From: Phoronis australis
Taxonomy: Eukaryota; Animalia; Phoronida
Assembly (NCBI GenBank): GCA_002633005.1
Contig: NMRA01000234.1
Coordinates: 105,405 to 169,404, forward strand
Length of the DNA stretch: 64,000 nt
Direction of reading: 5' to 3'
Shown: positions 12,311 to 27,300 of the stretch, one piece after another
Position numbering within the stretch: the first letter of the stretch is position 1
Layout of the letters: every line of letters starts with the position of its first letter
The notes under the pieces: model-generated
Database searches by the model: none
What the model saw: only the letters and a program-made list of their open reading frames with translations
What the model was told of the DNA's origin: nothing
Made by a program: the position numbers and the translations under genes

Positions 12311-15300
12311 CTGAAAAGAAGAAAATCAAGTTTACTAATTATTTAAAAGAATTGACAACAGGAGGAGCCACATCTAAGTTGAGCATTGAAAGATCTTCAA
12401 ATTATCATAAATTTTTAAAATAATCTTAACATAAACTTACACTCGTTATACACAACTTTCAGCATAAAATGGAACATTATTTTCACAGAGAAAGAGTAGA
12501 TTGAATCAATACAACCTGACGAAACATGGAATTGAAAAAAAAATGTACGAACAATTTGTAAATTAAAATTTAGATAAGCCATACATCACTCATTTGTTTA
12601 CGCATTTTTGCTGAACTAACCTTTGCTGCAAAAGACAAAAACGTGGATAAACAAGCGAAATGCTATTTCAAAAAGGAGCTTATCATAGCCGAAAACAAAA
12701 TGGCTGCATGTTCCTGGATTCCTCCTTCTCACGTTACCTGTTCCCCATCAGCACCAAAGTCCAGCCACAGTAACCGGTGTCCATCATCGGCGGACATACG
12801 CAGCTTCTCAAATGGAAACTGCCAGAGTACTTTAGGTGGCCCATCACCATCTGCCACTTTCTCAGCGAGTGTAAACCCGTTCTCATAGTTCAGTGTTAGT
12901 TTCACATCTGTACTATGCCATGTTGCAGCTGTGAACACGAAATAGTGAAAGGAGGACTATTTTCTTCACAAGACACTACGACAAAGTTATTCAAAAGAAA
13001 GTCAAGAAAGTTTTTTCACAAAAAATGTTGACTTTCCTCAAGCTAAGTGCAAAACCATGAAGGAAACTGTATGAAAAATAATAGTAATCCTGTCAAACCA
13101 GGATGAAAATTTTTGCTCTGGAATCACCAATTTTCATGAATTACGTAAGAGATAGAATTCGTTTCATAAGCAAAGATTTCTTGACACAAGTGCATGACTT
13201 AAGTCTTAGGTCTATGGAGTACAGTTCAAGCTCTAGTAAATATTGGCGCCAATCAACTGTGAGCCAATCATGGTAACATTTCACAGCAACAAATTTACAG
13301 CTGTAACATTCTGACCCACTGTGAACATGTGATGGCAATCTATTTCTACCATTAGTCATCAGGCTTAGATGTTTAGCCAGCTCTATGACAATCACCATTC
13401 AGATGGTTCTCAACACACAAAGCACAAGTTAGAGTAAATGATCTTTTTATAGAGGAAAGTACTCTGCTCTGAAGTCATCTTTTTTGAGATTAAGTTTTGC
13501 TATGCAATAAAATAATCTCAGAGTGACACAAAATAAACAGTAATTTTAGACAACAGATTTTGATAAAGAAATTTCTTATTTAACAGCAAAAAGAAAACAA
13601 AAATCAGTTTCTAACGCACGATTGGTGCACAATGCACCATAATTCATGATTCCTATTTTAAATATACGAGTTCAAGGAATACAGCTTGTGTTCACGGAAT
13701 ACAGCTTGTGTTCATAAAAAGTGAAAGATGTTACATGAGTATGCTCATGAGGGCATAAGATAAAAGAGAGGTACTAATCTACTAACCTGTGTGCACCTCT
13801 TTGACGGAGCTGGCCGCATTGTGAGCACCATTCACAAGGACATGTGACCATGTAGAGAGATCACGTTGAGTTTCTACACGGAACACATGAGCCTCAACAC
13901 CCTGGCGAGAACCAGTGCGTGTACCGAAGGTCAGGACCTCCACCATCTCGCTACTGGCCTTGTTTTGGTTTGTCTCTACTTTTGTGAAAGAAAATCTGAA
14001 ATGTTTTTATGTATATGGTTTCACATTACATAGATAGACTGGGTAGTCTACTTTTTGAAAGACAAAATTCTGACAAAATGGATATTCACAAAGACAAAAG
14101 CACCTATTTGAGTTTTGGTGTGGTTGGTAAACTGAGCATGGGTGCTTAAAAGTGAAAATTTGGAACTTTTGAGGGTGAATAGTAAGCTAAGTATAGGCGA
14201 TAACCTGGACAGGTGAGGTGCAACACCAAATCATTTTATAGCTACTATAAACCAGCCCTTTTTAAAGAAACTGTAATTTGACCATTCACAGTTATAAAGC
14301 AAGTCTCGACTCCTTGCGATAACAAAATATTTTTGTGCTTGGGAAGAGCGAACAGTTCTTTATTAAGGACTTGCCTGGTGCATAAAAGGGCCTCACCGAG
14401 TCAGGTCTCAAGTAACAACGAACAGTTCATCCCAAGTTCTGAGATCCAATTCTAATTTGAGAAAGGAGCAGAGACCAGTTTTATTCATAGACAGAAAGGG
14501 CTTCATAGCAGCTATAAAACAAGTGTCTTCCAATAGACAAAAATGAAAATCACAACTGATGCATTATGTTAAACCTGTAAATGCCTGTCCTTACTAGGCT
14601 TTTAGTAGTGATTGTGTGAAACCCCGAAGTCAAACAAACAGTCACATACCTTGTAGCAAGTAGTGGGTGGGACTGAAAGGGCGTGGTCCACTCCTCCTTT
14701 GTAGATGGCACACATTCAAACAGTAATATGTCTTTGCCTGTTACAACGGTGAACACAGGTTTCCAGGTGGGATTACCTTCTTCATTGTGCACCTGTAAGA
14801 CAACATACCAACCATGACTGATGACAAAGTGTACGAGTGACAGCGTATGAAAAAGACAGCGAAGAATGAAATTTACCTCAAAGTTGTGATATAAGCATGA
14901 AAATTATGAGACTAAAATGTGATAGAACAGTACCCCCATGGATGTTCACAACACAAGGATATCCGCAACACAATGATATCTGCAAAACAAGCCTTTTGTC
15001 TTGGCACCATATCAGCAAGGAGTGACTGCATGATATAAATAATGTCTCAAAACAAAAAAACAGACTTAGACTGTAAGTTTTGCAGGATACTCGGCACAGT
15101 GTTGGCTTTAATCAAATGTTTAGTACCGAGTCACCAAACATAAAAGGCTATCTAACAGTAACTTCACCAACTGTTTGGGAAAGGGAACACCTTAGCCTGC
15201 AATTGTCTTAGACTGTACTTTTAACCACATACATGTCATTACTATGCCATCCGAACTCCTAGTAATAGTTTTGTCACTACTCTTACGTAGCCAAGGAATC

Positions 15301-18300
15301 AGTTGCAACTTTGGACGGAATGAATTGAGACCAGACCTAAGCTGCATGAAACGCTGGACAGAAGCCCTCTGCAGTGTTACGTTCTCCACCTAGGGATCGA
15401 TTCACTGACAAAGCTCTTCACTGCAATAGGGCTGACTATGGTGTTAGAATACAACAGAATAAGTATATTTCTATATTGAAAATTAACATGCTAATGAAAA
15501 AATGCATTGCTGATATGCTTCCATTGAAACTTTTAGCCGACAATTTACACTCTTTAATTTTTCGTCGCACGAAATACTATATGCAAATAACAAAGCTACA
15601 CAGCAATCGAAGCACTTCTTTGTAACATACTGTTGCTCATGGTCTTACGAAGCACTACATAGCACTTAGTCTCCATCTAAAATTTTCCTCTCAGTTTTAT
15701 CACAATAAGTGAGCACGATTCTATCTGGTGTTTTTTGACATTGAAAATCCAAATACGCAAGAAAATTGAGATGCAATCGAAACATGAAGATCGGTTTAAG
15801 GAAATAAACTCTACGCAGAACCTGCTGTACAGAGCACAGTCATTCTACATTTTAAGTCTGCCTCAGTTACTCAGCCCGTTTCACGACCTCTTGTACTTCA
15901 TCAATAGATTCGTAAAATTCTTGCTGCCTTTTCTTTGGTACCCATTGATGAACAGATGGTTTAAGTAACTCCTTGAGCCACGGTGAAGAATTAATTAGTT
16001 TGCGAGTTGTGATGCTGGACAAAAGAGCACAGGAACACTTAACAACGGACTAGATATCGGAACTGACCTCGATTTAAAAACCGCTATCGTCTGGAGTTCC
16101 AACCAAATGGGAGGTTTATGTAATGTATGTACACATTCAATGCGGCCACCAATCATGTACTTAGTCATCACAGAGATTGTTCCCATACAATGGCCTCAGT
16201 GTTCATGTAACAGTAAAACATTAGAGGAAGAGGAGACACGGAAAAGTTGAGCAGCTTGACAACCTTCTGTCGTAGTCTCATAAAAGAATGACATTAACGA
16301 ATGGGAAGACTTAAAACACACAGTTCTCTAGAGAATATGTCATTAATCAAGTCTAGTATACAGATGCCATTTATTGTATGATCATCTAACTTGAAACTAT
16401 CCAATTACAGATAAACTAAATAAGGCAATCCCATGAGTGAGGTGATATCTATAACACTAAACAGAGTGAGCTTATCCAACATGTAAACTCAATCAGTTGA
16501 AGTGCTCTCATCACACCATTACCAGAGACAGTCCTCAAGATTACTGCCAGGAAGTCCAAAGTATAGTACAAAGTAACACAAGACTACAGTCACACAGTCC
16601 ATGGTAGAGGACACAGTAACACAAGACTACTGTCTGATAGTTCATGGTACAGTACAAGACAACACAAAGACTACAGTCTGACTGTCCATGGTAGAAGACA
16701 GAGTAACACAAGACTACTGTCAAACAGTCTGTGGTAGATGATAGGGTAACACCAGACTACAGTCAGACAGTCCATGGTAGTAGAAGACAGAGTAACACGA
16801 GACGACTATCGGACAGTCCGTGGTAGAGGGCACGGTAACACAAGACTAATACCAGACAATCCATGTTAGACGACAGGGCAACACAAGACTACAGTCAAAC
16901 AGTCCATGGTAGATGACCGTATAACACAAGACCACTGCCAGACAGTCCATGGTAGAAGACAGGGTAGCACAAGACTAGTCAGACAGTCCACGATAGAGGA
17001 CAGGGTAACACAATACTACTGTCAGACAGTCCATGGTAGAGGATAGAGTAACACAAGACTACTGTCAGATTGTCCATGGTAGTGGACAGGGAAACACAAG
17101 ACAACAGTCAGACAGTCCATGGTGGAGGACACAGTGCCACAAGACAACTGTCAACTGTCTATGGTAGAGGACACTATAACACTAGGCTACTGTCAGACAG
17201 TCCATGGTAGACTACAGGATAACACATGACAATTGTCAATAGTCCATGGCAGAGAACAGGCCAACACAAGGCTACTGTCAGGCAGTCCATGGTAGACTAC
17301 ATGATAACACATGACAATTGTCAACAGTCCGTGGCAGAGAACAGACCAACACAAGGCTACTGTCAGGCAGTTCATGGTAGACTACAGGATAACACATGAC
17401 AATTGTCAACAGTCCGTGGCAGAGAACAGACCAACACAAGGCTACTGTCAGGCAGTTCATGGTAGACTACAGGATAACACATGACAATTGTCAATAGTCC
17501 ATGGCAGAGAACAGACCAACACAAGACTACAGTTAGACAGTCCATGGTAGACTACAGGATAACACATGACAATTGCCAACAGTCCATGGCAGAGAACAGG
17601 CCAACACAAGGCTACTGTCAGGCAGTTCATGGTAGACTACAGGATAACACATGACAATTGTCAATAGTCCATGGCAGAGAACAGACCAACACAAGACTAC
17701 AGTTAGACAGTCCATGGTAGACTACAGGATAACACATGACAATTGCCAACAGTCCATGGCAGAGAACAGGCCAACACAAGGCTACTGTCAGGCAGTTCAT
17801 GATAGACTACAGGATAACACATGACAGACCAACACAAGGCTACAGTTAGACAGTCCATGGTAGACTACAGGATAACATATGACAATTGTCAACAGTCCAT
17901 GGCAGAGAACAGGCCAACACAAGGCTACTGTCAGGCAGTCCATGATAGACTACAGGATAACACATGACAATTGTCAACAGTCAATGGCAGAGAACAGGCC
18001 AACACAAGGCTACTGTCAGGCAGTCCATGATAGACTACAGGATAACACATGACAATTGTCAACAGTCAATGGCAGAGAACAGGCCAACACAAGGCTACTG
18101 TCAGGCAGTTCATGATAGACTACAGGATAACACATGACAGACCAACACAAGGCTACAGTTAGACAGTCCATGGTAGACTACAGGATAACATATGACAATT
18201 GTCAACAGTCCATGGCAGAGAACAGGCCAACACAAGGCTACAGTCAGACAGTTCATGGTAGACTACAGGATAACACATGACAATTCTCAACAGTCCATGG

Positions 18301-21300
18301 CAGAGAACAGGCCAACACAAGGCTATAATCAGGCAGTCCATGATAGACAACAGGATAACATATGACAATTGCCAACAGTCCATGGCAGAGAACAGGCCAA
18401 CACAAGGCTACTTTGAGGCAGTCCCTGCAACTCCCATGCTACTTTTGTATCCGTAACAATAAGGTTATGCAAAAAGAGGCTCCCTGTATTTAAGGGTCAT
18501 ATTCTGGGTGCTTTCCATGAAGCTCATTTCTTGCCAGTTTAGCAAGATCACACAAGATCTTCTTAGTGTTTCACAAGAAAGTTTACAACCCTACTACTGT
18601 AAATTAACACTGCGAAAACGCTGGGACATTTATGACAAAATGTTGAAATATGGTAAAAATACATATTTCCATAATGCAAGCTGATTTTTTCAATGCAATT
18701 AACTCCCCAAATAGGGCCTGAATTTGTGACAAATATTGTCTGCATTTACCTGTTCTGCCAACCATCCCATGTGATTTATTTCTTGTCCACCAGGGGATGC
18801 CACTAGTAGACTGTTGGCTTCACTTATTGCATACGATAACAAAAGGTTGACATTTGAGTGTACTGAGTTGAACCAGGCAGTGGCTTGCGACTCGTCAGCA
18901 CATCTTAAAATGCAGGAGTTCTTAGCATCAGGAGAGTGCAGTTCAAAAGTCCTTTTCTCTGGATCAGGCATTGTCAGGTTACGACACAGATAGCACATGC
19001 GAAGCGGAAGTGACCTCTGTTCAGTCCAGTTTCTGTTTTCGTCCGTTCCTGAATGGCCATTTTGATGAATCTTCTGTTGGCCCCATCCCAGCTCACTCAG
19101 ATTGGACGCCTTTCTGAAATAGGGCGTCACTTCGCGTAGATATTTCACTGCAAACAAAAATAACAACATTTACAAAACATTCAGATAAAAATAATAACCA
19201 GAATTGTCAATTTTCCATTTTGCAAAGAATGCTTGTTACATTTCAATATTAGGATGTTACTCAATGATGCAAATTTTAAGAAGTTACTCAAAGACAGCTG
19301 TGTATATGAATGCTACAAAATATGGACGGTCAACAATTTTCGGCTTGGCACCCAATATGAGAGACAAAGAAAATTTCATTATGTTATATTTTTAAAAAAA
19401 ATAACTTGTCATGAAATTTTACACTTTTTCTACCAAAGCAGGTTCAGGTTGACAAAGCAGTAACCAAATATTTGATAAATTTTATAACATTCTCAGAGAT
19501 GTAGTAAACATCTGAAAAATAGAGCAAATGCAATCTTAGCTATAATTCAGGAATTTAAGCCTTAAAAGTTTCATATTTTTTGTCCATACGTCAGATAAAA
19601 CAAAATTTCACACTTTCAAACTTTCACATTTTCGAAATTTTACAATTTCAAAATTTCACCATAATGTGTTCTTATCACCCTTTAGTATAACAAATTGAAG
19701 GATCTCTGTCTGATTCAACATATACATTGGTTACTTAGACACCAGGTGGAGTACTCGCAATCTACACTTCATGTACACCAAGGTCATTGCATAAATGGGA
19801 TACTCGCCCAAACCTCAGCATTATGAATTTATTAATGAATGATTACTAAAAATGATTGAAAGTATGGAGATACAAATTATGAACCTACTCCATGACTAAT
19901 TCAAACAGTTATCATTATATTAAATCACAAAATTTGCCTCATCCTATACACATACCAATAACATTTAAGCAGCATTCCATGTTATCAAGCACCCCTCTTG
20001 TTTTTCAAGCTCTACACTCACAAATCATATCTACTCCATTAGCAGACGGAATAATGATTAACAAACCGACAGAGATTGGAGGTCCTTTTTTTATCTCATC
20101 CTAATGAAGAGCTCGTTATGGCTGATATCACCATCAATGGGATCTGTTATAGCCATGCGCCTCCTGCCAGAAAATGGACACCATACAAGGTTTCCAAATC
20201 TAGCTAACACACAGCATTATTGTCTGGCCACAGTTCAGCAACTCTTTGACTCCAATTCGCAAGTCTCCCATGGCAGTGATATACAAGATGTCCCAAATGT
20301 CCCAGACACAAAGTAATGCCAATCATTGCAGAGACTTAGTTTCACTTAAAAACCATGTGATTTTTTACATGGTTCTCAGAATCCCAATAAAAACCAGAAC
20401 TTGCAGGCAGTAAGTTTGAATGACGCTTAATTCAATGCGTCTTGAATATTTTTAAGAAGAAAGTTGTGATGAGCACTGCTTTCCACCTATAACATTAGTG
20501 TAGTAACCAAAATCAACAGTGTCTTTTTGGCCGTAGCGGTATTTTTTCTCTATATATCTGTTAATGTTTAAAGTCTCTTTGCACAAGCTTTTTGTCAGCT
20601 CTATGACATGTCTCCTTACATAAGCTTATTGTTAGCTCTATGACATGTCTCCTAGTTACATAAGCTTATTGTCAGCTCTATGACATGTCTCCTTACATAA
20701 GCTTATTGTCAGCTCTATGACATGTCTCTCATTCTGCGAATCCTTTTGTTGTAGTAATTGACAATAACGCCCACATTTGATTATTCTGGTCTCATACTCC
20801 CATCACAGTTTATTTGTTGTTTAGAGGTTAGTGTTAGTTTACCTAGACTATTTTAATGTTATTAGATATGCCGTCTTTATGCTGTACACCTTGGTATTGC
20901 ATCACTTCATTCTGTACCAGTTTGTGATCATTTGTAGAGTCCACAATAAAGTTCTTGCTTAGTAATATACACATCTAAATGATTTTTGTGCCATATTTGT
21001 TGCATGGCATAGTGTCTGTCGTGTAGATGTAGAAGCTCAAATGAATGCAGGCAAGTCGTTGTAGGACAAATTGTTCTAGGATAACTAATAGATTGAACAC
21101 AACTTTAGTTTACAGTCCAAACCACTTTGTTCAATTGTCCTGCTGTGGATGTCATAAGGTACTTCATATGTTGTCATGTTAAGGGCGAAAACAAGAGATT
21201 CCACAGCAACAAAAGAAAAAAAGTCGATGTGAGAACAGGTTGGTCAGCAGCAACATGCAGTCACCTCTCAAACTAACTCAGGCATTCTGAACCATCAATT

Positions 21301-24300
21301 CTAGACAACGGATTCCTGCATAACACACAGGTCTGCTGTCAATTCCATGGTGTTAATGAGATCCAAAGTCGTCAATTATCATGAATGAGGTCATTGCCTT
21401 AAGCAAGAGGTAACTAGGAGAGGATGAACCCACCTCAAGACATTAACTGACACACATTACCTTCAGCTAGAGGCGGAAACCAGGATGTAATAAATACATC
21501 TCAAGCCATTACCTCCATTACCTAACATAAGCACAAAAACAGGAATAGGTCACAGTCCCGTTAACAGTAACAACCATAGCCCTCGGAAACGCGCCCAGAC
21601 CTTTCTCAGCAGTTCTTTCTTTGGAGTCCAGTCAACAGTAGGTACGGTAGTTATATCAAAACTCTGCATGAAGTCCGACTAAGGTTGAGACAGTTTTATT
21701 GGGCATCTACTTGAAGGCAATACTCAAAATTGAAGAAATGAAATTCCACGATGTAATACATAATGCACGAATGTGATGTATTAAAACCAGCTGACAAGTC
21801 GTGAGACAACATGACACACTATTTTCACCTAAGTCAAACACATAATCACAGAAAGTTTTACCCTGAAAATTTTCTAGAAAAAATATTCAAGCGATCACCA
21901 TCCACATGTTTTCACCAGCATGTCATTTCTAAAGAAGTTGAGATGTAACTGAAACTCAAGAGAATGCTGGATAGCCTGATCCAAATATCTGGTGTTGATG
22001 ATACGTCTAGTCACACCTTTGACCATTGACAAGTACAGTTGGGAGCAAGCTATATTTTGTCAAACTTGCAAAATATCAATTAACACAAAATAGGCAGGTA
22101 GTTGAAACTTGATGTTTATCTACTTTAATCAAAAGAATGATGTATTACTTTTAAATTCTACACTATTTATATCCAGATCTACCATGAGATGTTTTCAGCA
22201 ATTTTAGGGATTCACAAAAAAGTTCAATGCCTTTGAAAAATATAACAGATTATTATTTAAAATAACTTATTCTTATTAAAATGACATAGGCAAGAAGTTG
22301 ATGTTCGGGTCTCATAAGTGGGGTCTCTATATTAATTACGAGGCCCCGCTCAAAGGCGTCCGAAGAACGGGTGCCTACATTATTATAAAGGGCCAAGCTG
22401 CAGCACACAATAAAGGCCATTTTACTGAAAGCCAATACTGGGTCTTTTCATCACAAGTTTTTTGTGACATTTGAGAAAGGTATGTGCAAGTTGAATTTGT
22501 TCATACTGCAGTGCCTCAGTAGACGTCCACAATGCGGTGTCCCAGCAGATGTTCAATTGCAGTGCTTCACCAGATGTTCACATTGCAGTGCTTCAATGCG
22601 AGTTCACATTGCAGTGCTTTAGTATTTGTTCACATTGCGATACTTCAGCAGGTGTTCGTTCACATTACAGTGCTTCAATAGATGTTCACATTGCAGTGGT
22701 TTAGTACTTGTCCACATTGTGGTACTTCAGAAGATGTTAATTCACATTACAGTGCTTCAACAGATGTTCACATTGCAGTGCCTAAGCAGATGAGCAACTG
22801 TTATCTGGTCTGGCATGTGGTAACATTGGCCATTCACCAATGTGTGGGATTCACATAATGGGTCACATTCATACATTTTAAAAATGCAGTCTACAGTCTG
22901 GGCTTCCTGAGGATGTTGTTTCAAATTATTGGTGTTTACTCATTCTAAAACATCCTGTGACTCAACACATCTAAAAGTAATTATCTTTGAGGTTTAACTT
23001 TCTTACCATAAGTCCATAGGTGTAACATCCTTTACCTGACAGTAACGTTAAAACTTCTGAATCGTCATTTACTACCAGACTAAATGTGCTGTGGCAGAAA
23101 ATTTACTCAGAATCTTCAAGAAAGCATGAGCGCCAAAGTCGGAGTAATATTTTCCAAGGCATAAAGTACTGCCAAAGAAGGCATTTCCAGGCTTTATAGT
23201 AGAATGCAACAAATGAGACTTGAATTCTTATAATTTTCTGGGGGAGGCCCCCTACACCTCCTATGGTAAGTAGTACCCCTCCAGTACCCTTCCCCTGGTG
23301 ACTTCGTTGGACACTAGCCGAACCAATACGAAAATGCTTCCAACACGACAACATAAGATTAGTGAGAGTGGTAGAATTTAGTACTGTGTTGCATGTCAGT
23401 GTAAACACTTAATCGGAAGCAGTAGAAGACTTGTGGGTAACTAATCAATCAGCAAGTTATAATGAAAAATCAGTTTTGGCCTATCTTAACTGTTTTTTGA
23501 TGGAAATATTTTAACAGACCTTAACACCCATGTTCAGTTCTTAAAAATATATCGTGTACTGAATATACATCATTTTTAAATTTTACAAGCAGTGGTCATT
23601 CCAGAACTGACTTCCCAGAGTTTAACCACACCGTATCCAAAGTCGAAACAGTATTATATTGTATCGGACCCTCTGCGTGGGCACGGGAAAATCTCTGAAC
23701 AATGTCAGATTTCCCAACTTAAATTAATTACAAATCTGTTAGATCATCGATCTTTTGTCTTCGATCAATTTGTTTATTTAATAGCTTATAGTTTCATGCA
23801 TCTGAGGCAAAAAGCAGTTAGTCAACTGACTTACTTAACTTCTAATGAAGCAGATATCAAAAGTTACGTAGGTGTTATAATTACCAAGTTTAGACACAAA
23901 TAACTGTCGAAAACTGTTCAATTCATTGTCTGATAGAAATAGAATAGAACTTGAAAATGACGAAAACATTATTTGGTGCGGGTATGGTAATTCTTTAAGT
24001 ATTTAGCAAACAATATGATCGACACTAGAAGTGAAATTCTATTTTGTCTCACTTCTCCATACAAATAAAGATGACCAAAATTTAACCTATCATAGCATGG
24101 TTTGTACTCAGTGTAAGCGCGATAAAACAACATTTGGTAAAGTTTCCATTATTTGTAGCAAAGAAATGGACTTTTGAAAAATGGAAAATGACAATTTTGG
24201 CAATTATTTTTACACAAAATAAGTGGAGAATTATCGTAATTTATACGAAAAATTTAACAAGTATAATTTCGCTTGTCCGCCATATAGTGTCTTACCTTGA

Positions 24301-27300
24301 TAAGATTTTAACTGTTGTAACTTTGGACTGATCGCCCCATTGCTATTCATTGTAACTAAGCAAACTGAGGTCGTCTGCACCGAGCTTAATGTCAGCACCC
24401 TTGATTTGGCAAAGCTCATGTCTTCTTTGAACTTCAGTTATTTTGCGAAAGGTGAAGTACACCGAGAGGGTGCCAAGAGCATTTCTTTTTTAAGTCTGAT
24501 ATCTGTCTGATATCTGTGACTAGTTAGTTTGGAATACCCTCAATGCACATTTAGAAAGAACATCATAATCATTTGAGCTATTATAGACATCAGTCACCAA
24601 GTAATAGGCAATTCTAGGTCACCTATAGTCAAATAACAGATTTTTTGTCATCAGTCTATGTCCTGATCATTAGGTCTGACATGATAACTTGGTTGTCAAT
24701 CAATGTGTCCCATGGGAAAGGTTGCCAGGGAATTGGCATTAACTGGATGGGTATTGTGCCATCTCACACATCTCAGAAGGGAATTTCCACAGACTGGCTA
24801 AAACTTTAGCTGTTTCGCTAGTAGCAAAAATGTCAGTCATGTGAGTCATTTAGGCTGCTTTGCTGGCAATTTGAGTTACCCCATCCCCATAATTGCTGGC
24901 GTTTTTTGTAGCCAGAGGTAAGAGACCTTTGTTTACAGCCATATCAATCAATTTATGACAGAGAGTGAATGTGCTTTGACATCAAATTTTGTTTGAAGGC
25001 AAATCCTGTGGTAAGGAAACAAACTAATTACTAGCAAAATGACTCATTTGCTCAGCCTAAAATGCTACCGTAGTGTCTTCGCTAGAATTTTAGCCAGTGA
25101 AACAGCTAGCGTTTTTGACACTCATATGAACCTAGTCTAAGGTATGTCTCTGGTAGGTATGACACTAAACAGGTAAATACTTTGTCCTCTCAGGTATCAT
25201 GTAGGTGAGGTGCTTTGGCAGTATAGGTGCTATCATCTTGGGTGTTTAATGAATGAAAGAAGGGACAGTCAGGAGCGAGTTGAGTAATTGTTTCAGTTTT
25301 TTCATCATTTGGTATTGACTGCAGCACCTCCTAGTGATCATTTTCCAGGGTTACCCCGATATTACATTGGTCTGGATTTTGAATGTGCGGTGGCATCCCC
25401 TACCAACCAACCACTCATTTTTCAAGGGATCTCCCACCCTGCATTCATTATCAACCTCTGAACATAGGTTTGTTTTGAGATCCCTGGTTTTAGAAGTCCT
25501 ACTAAGTCCAAAGTTCTGACAATAGCCACCACATACTGGTGGGGACATAGTTTCCACCTGGGAGCAATATGAATTATGGTCCCAGGTTTCCATCTAAACA
25601 TACACCAAAAACATCTACTGGTAGTCACAAATCCAGAAGCTTATCTCTTGTATATCATATCACAGATGTTTCTTCATAAGATTTGGCCTCAGATTTTTTT
25701 AATGTATCTGAGAGTAGACTAAACAAAGCTCCACTCAGGTCACCACTGTAAATCCCCAACAATCAACCAATTTCAATTTCCAAGCTTTTTGTTCCTCAGT
25801 TCCAGCTGTTTATTCCAAGATTATTTCAACAAGGCCTGATTTTACGGCCCGCAAGTCGAAATTCTCCATGTCGTACAAACTGCACTACGGTATTCATAAA
25901 GATGTGTAACATGGTAAGAATCTCTTGGTTTGATATTTTACCGTCTGATCCCGCAGCCATTCTCTCTTCTGCAAAACACCATGTATTCAGTAGGCTAAGC
26001 AATTTTTTTTACTGTTCTATTTTATTGAGTAATTACCATAAACATGCTTTCAGTATTTGACAAACTGAATGAAAATAGCATTTTTTACTTGTTGTATATG
26101 CAAAGGCTCTCTACACTCCCAACATGGTGGTCAATGAAAGCTGTATAGGGTGAACCATATTGAATGAAGCAAACTATTTTCTTATGTTGAGAAATCTGAT
26201 AAAAATAAACATTCATATTTCAGCTTGTTCCTAAAAAGAAAGAGATACTTTCAGGCATACTTTTCAATTTTACAAATACGGAAAGAGACATTAATGCAGA
26301 GTGGCTTTAGCTCAAGGACAACATTTTGAAAAACATAAGTAACTAATATCTCACAGTGATGGTGAAAGTTGTAATTCAACGCTAATGCACCATCCTCAAA
26401 CAGATCCTAGCCTTTGTTTCTATATCTAGCCTGAGGCAAAGCTATGTTTTTATCTCTCAGCAACAACATGAAGACACTAAACCACAGAGAATGGTCAATT
26501 TACAAAGAACAACAGTCACAACCCCTTGTGACTTTATGTGATAATCAACTCTCAGAAGACAGCAAAATTTTCAAATTACCATAAACGTTCAGGTTAACGC
26601 CCTGGGCGTTTAAATTGGCAAACCCAAAAATTCAGGGTTGGGTGCTTAACCGAGAGGTGGTTGCTTAACTGGATATCTTCAAAAATCGCAGTGGGCGCTT
26701 AAATCGGTAATCCACATAAAGTTGGGGATGGGCGGTTAAGTGAGCATGGGCGTTAACCCGAATGTTTATGGTACTTATTGAAAAGAAAGGCCCATTCTGA
26801 TAGGGCAGGCAGAAGACAGAGAAAGAACAAGTATTTAAAAACACAAAGTATGTGTGCAGTGATCTGTAACTGCAATATCCATCTAACAGAATTAAAGCTT
26901 TGATAATATGTCCAACTTCCATCCTAATGAGCTTTATAAATTTTGAAATACAGCACCAACCCTAGGTGCGCAAATAGCTTGTTGGAAAACACGGGGGGGG
27001 GGGGTTCTCCTGAAGATGGACACGATGAGAGTAATGAGAATATCTTGTGGTCAAAAAAAACACTACATAATGTGACATTCATAGATGGATTTAAGGACAG
27101 TAACCAAAAACATGGCATACCACGTTAAGCGACGATACAAATTAACAGGTGTCCTTTGCGAATTATAGTCACCCTGCAGCACTAGCTATGTCAAGGCAAA
27201 CACATCGGATACACTAAGCCAAGTTTGCCACTAACACAATCAGCGAACTAACACTATGAGGTCCAAAGTAGAGTGTGTAATATTAGGAATGTTTCAACTT

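Noticed and set aside
17193-18383. Repeated Cys/Val-rich ORFs of 60-74 aa
   Set aside because: Translations of the 85-bp higher-order repeat.
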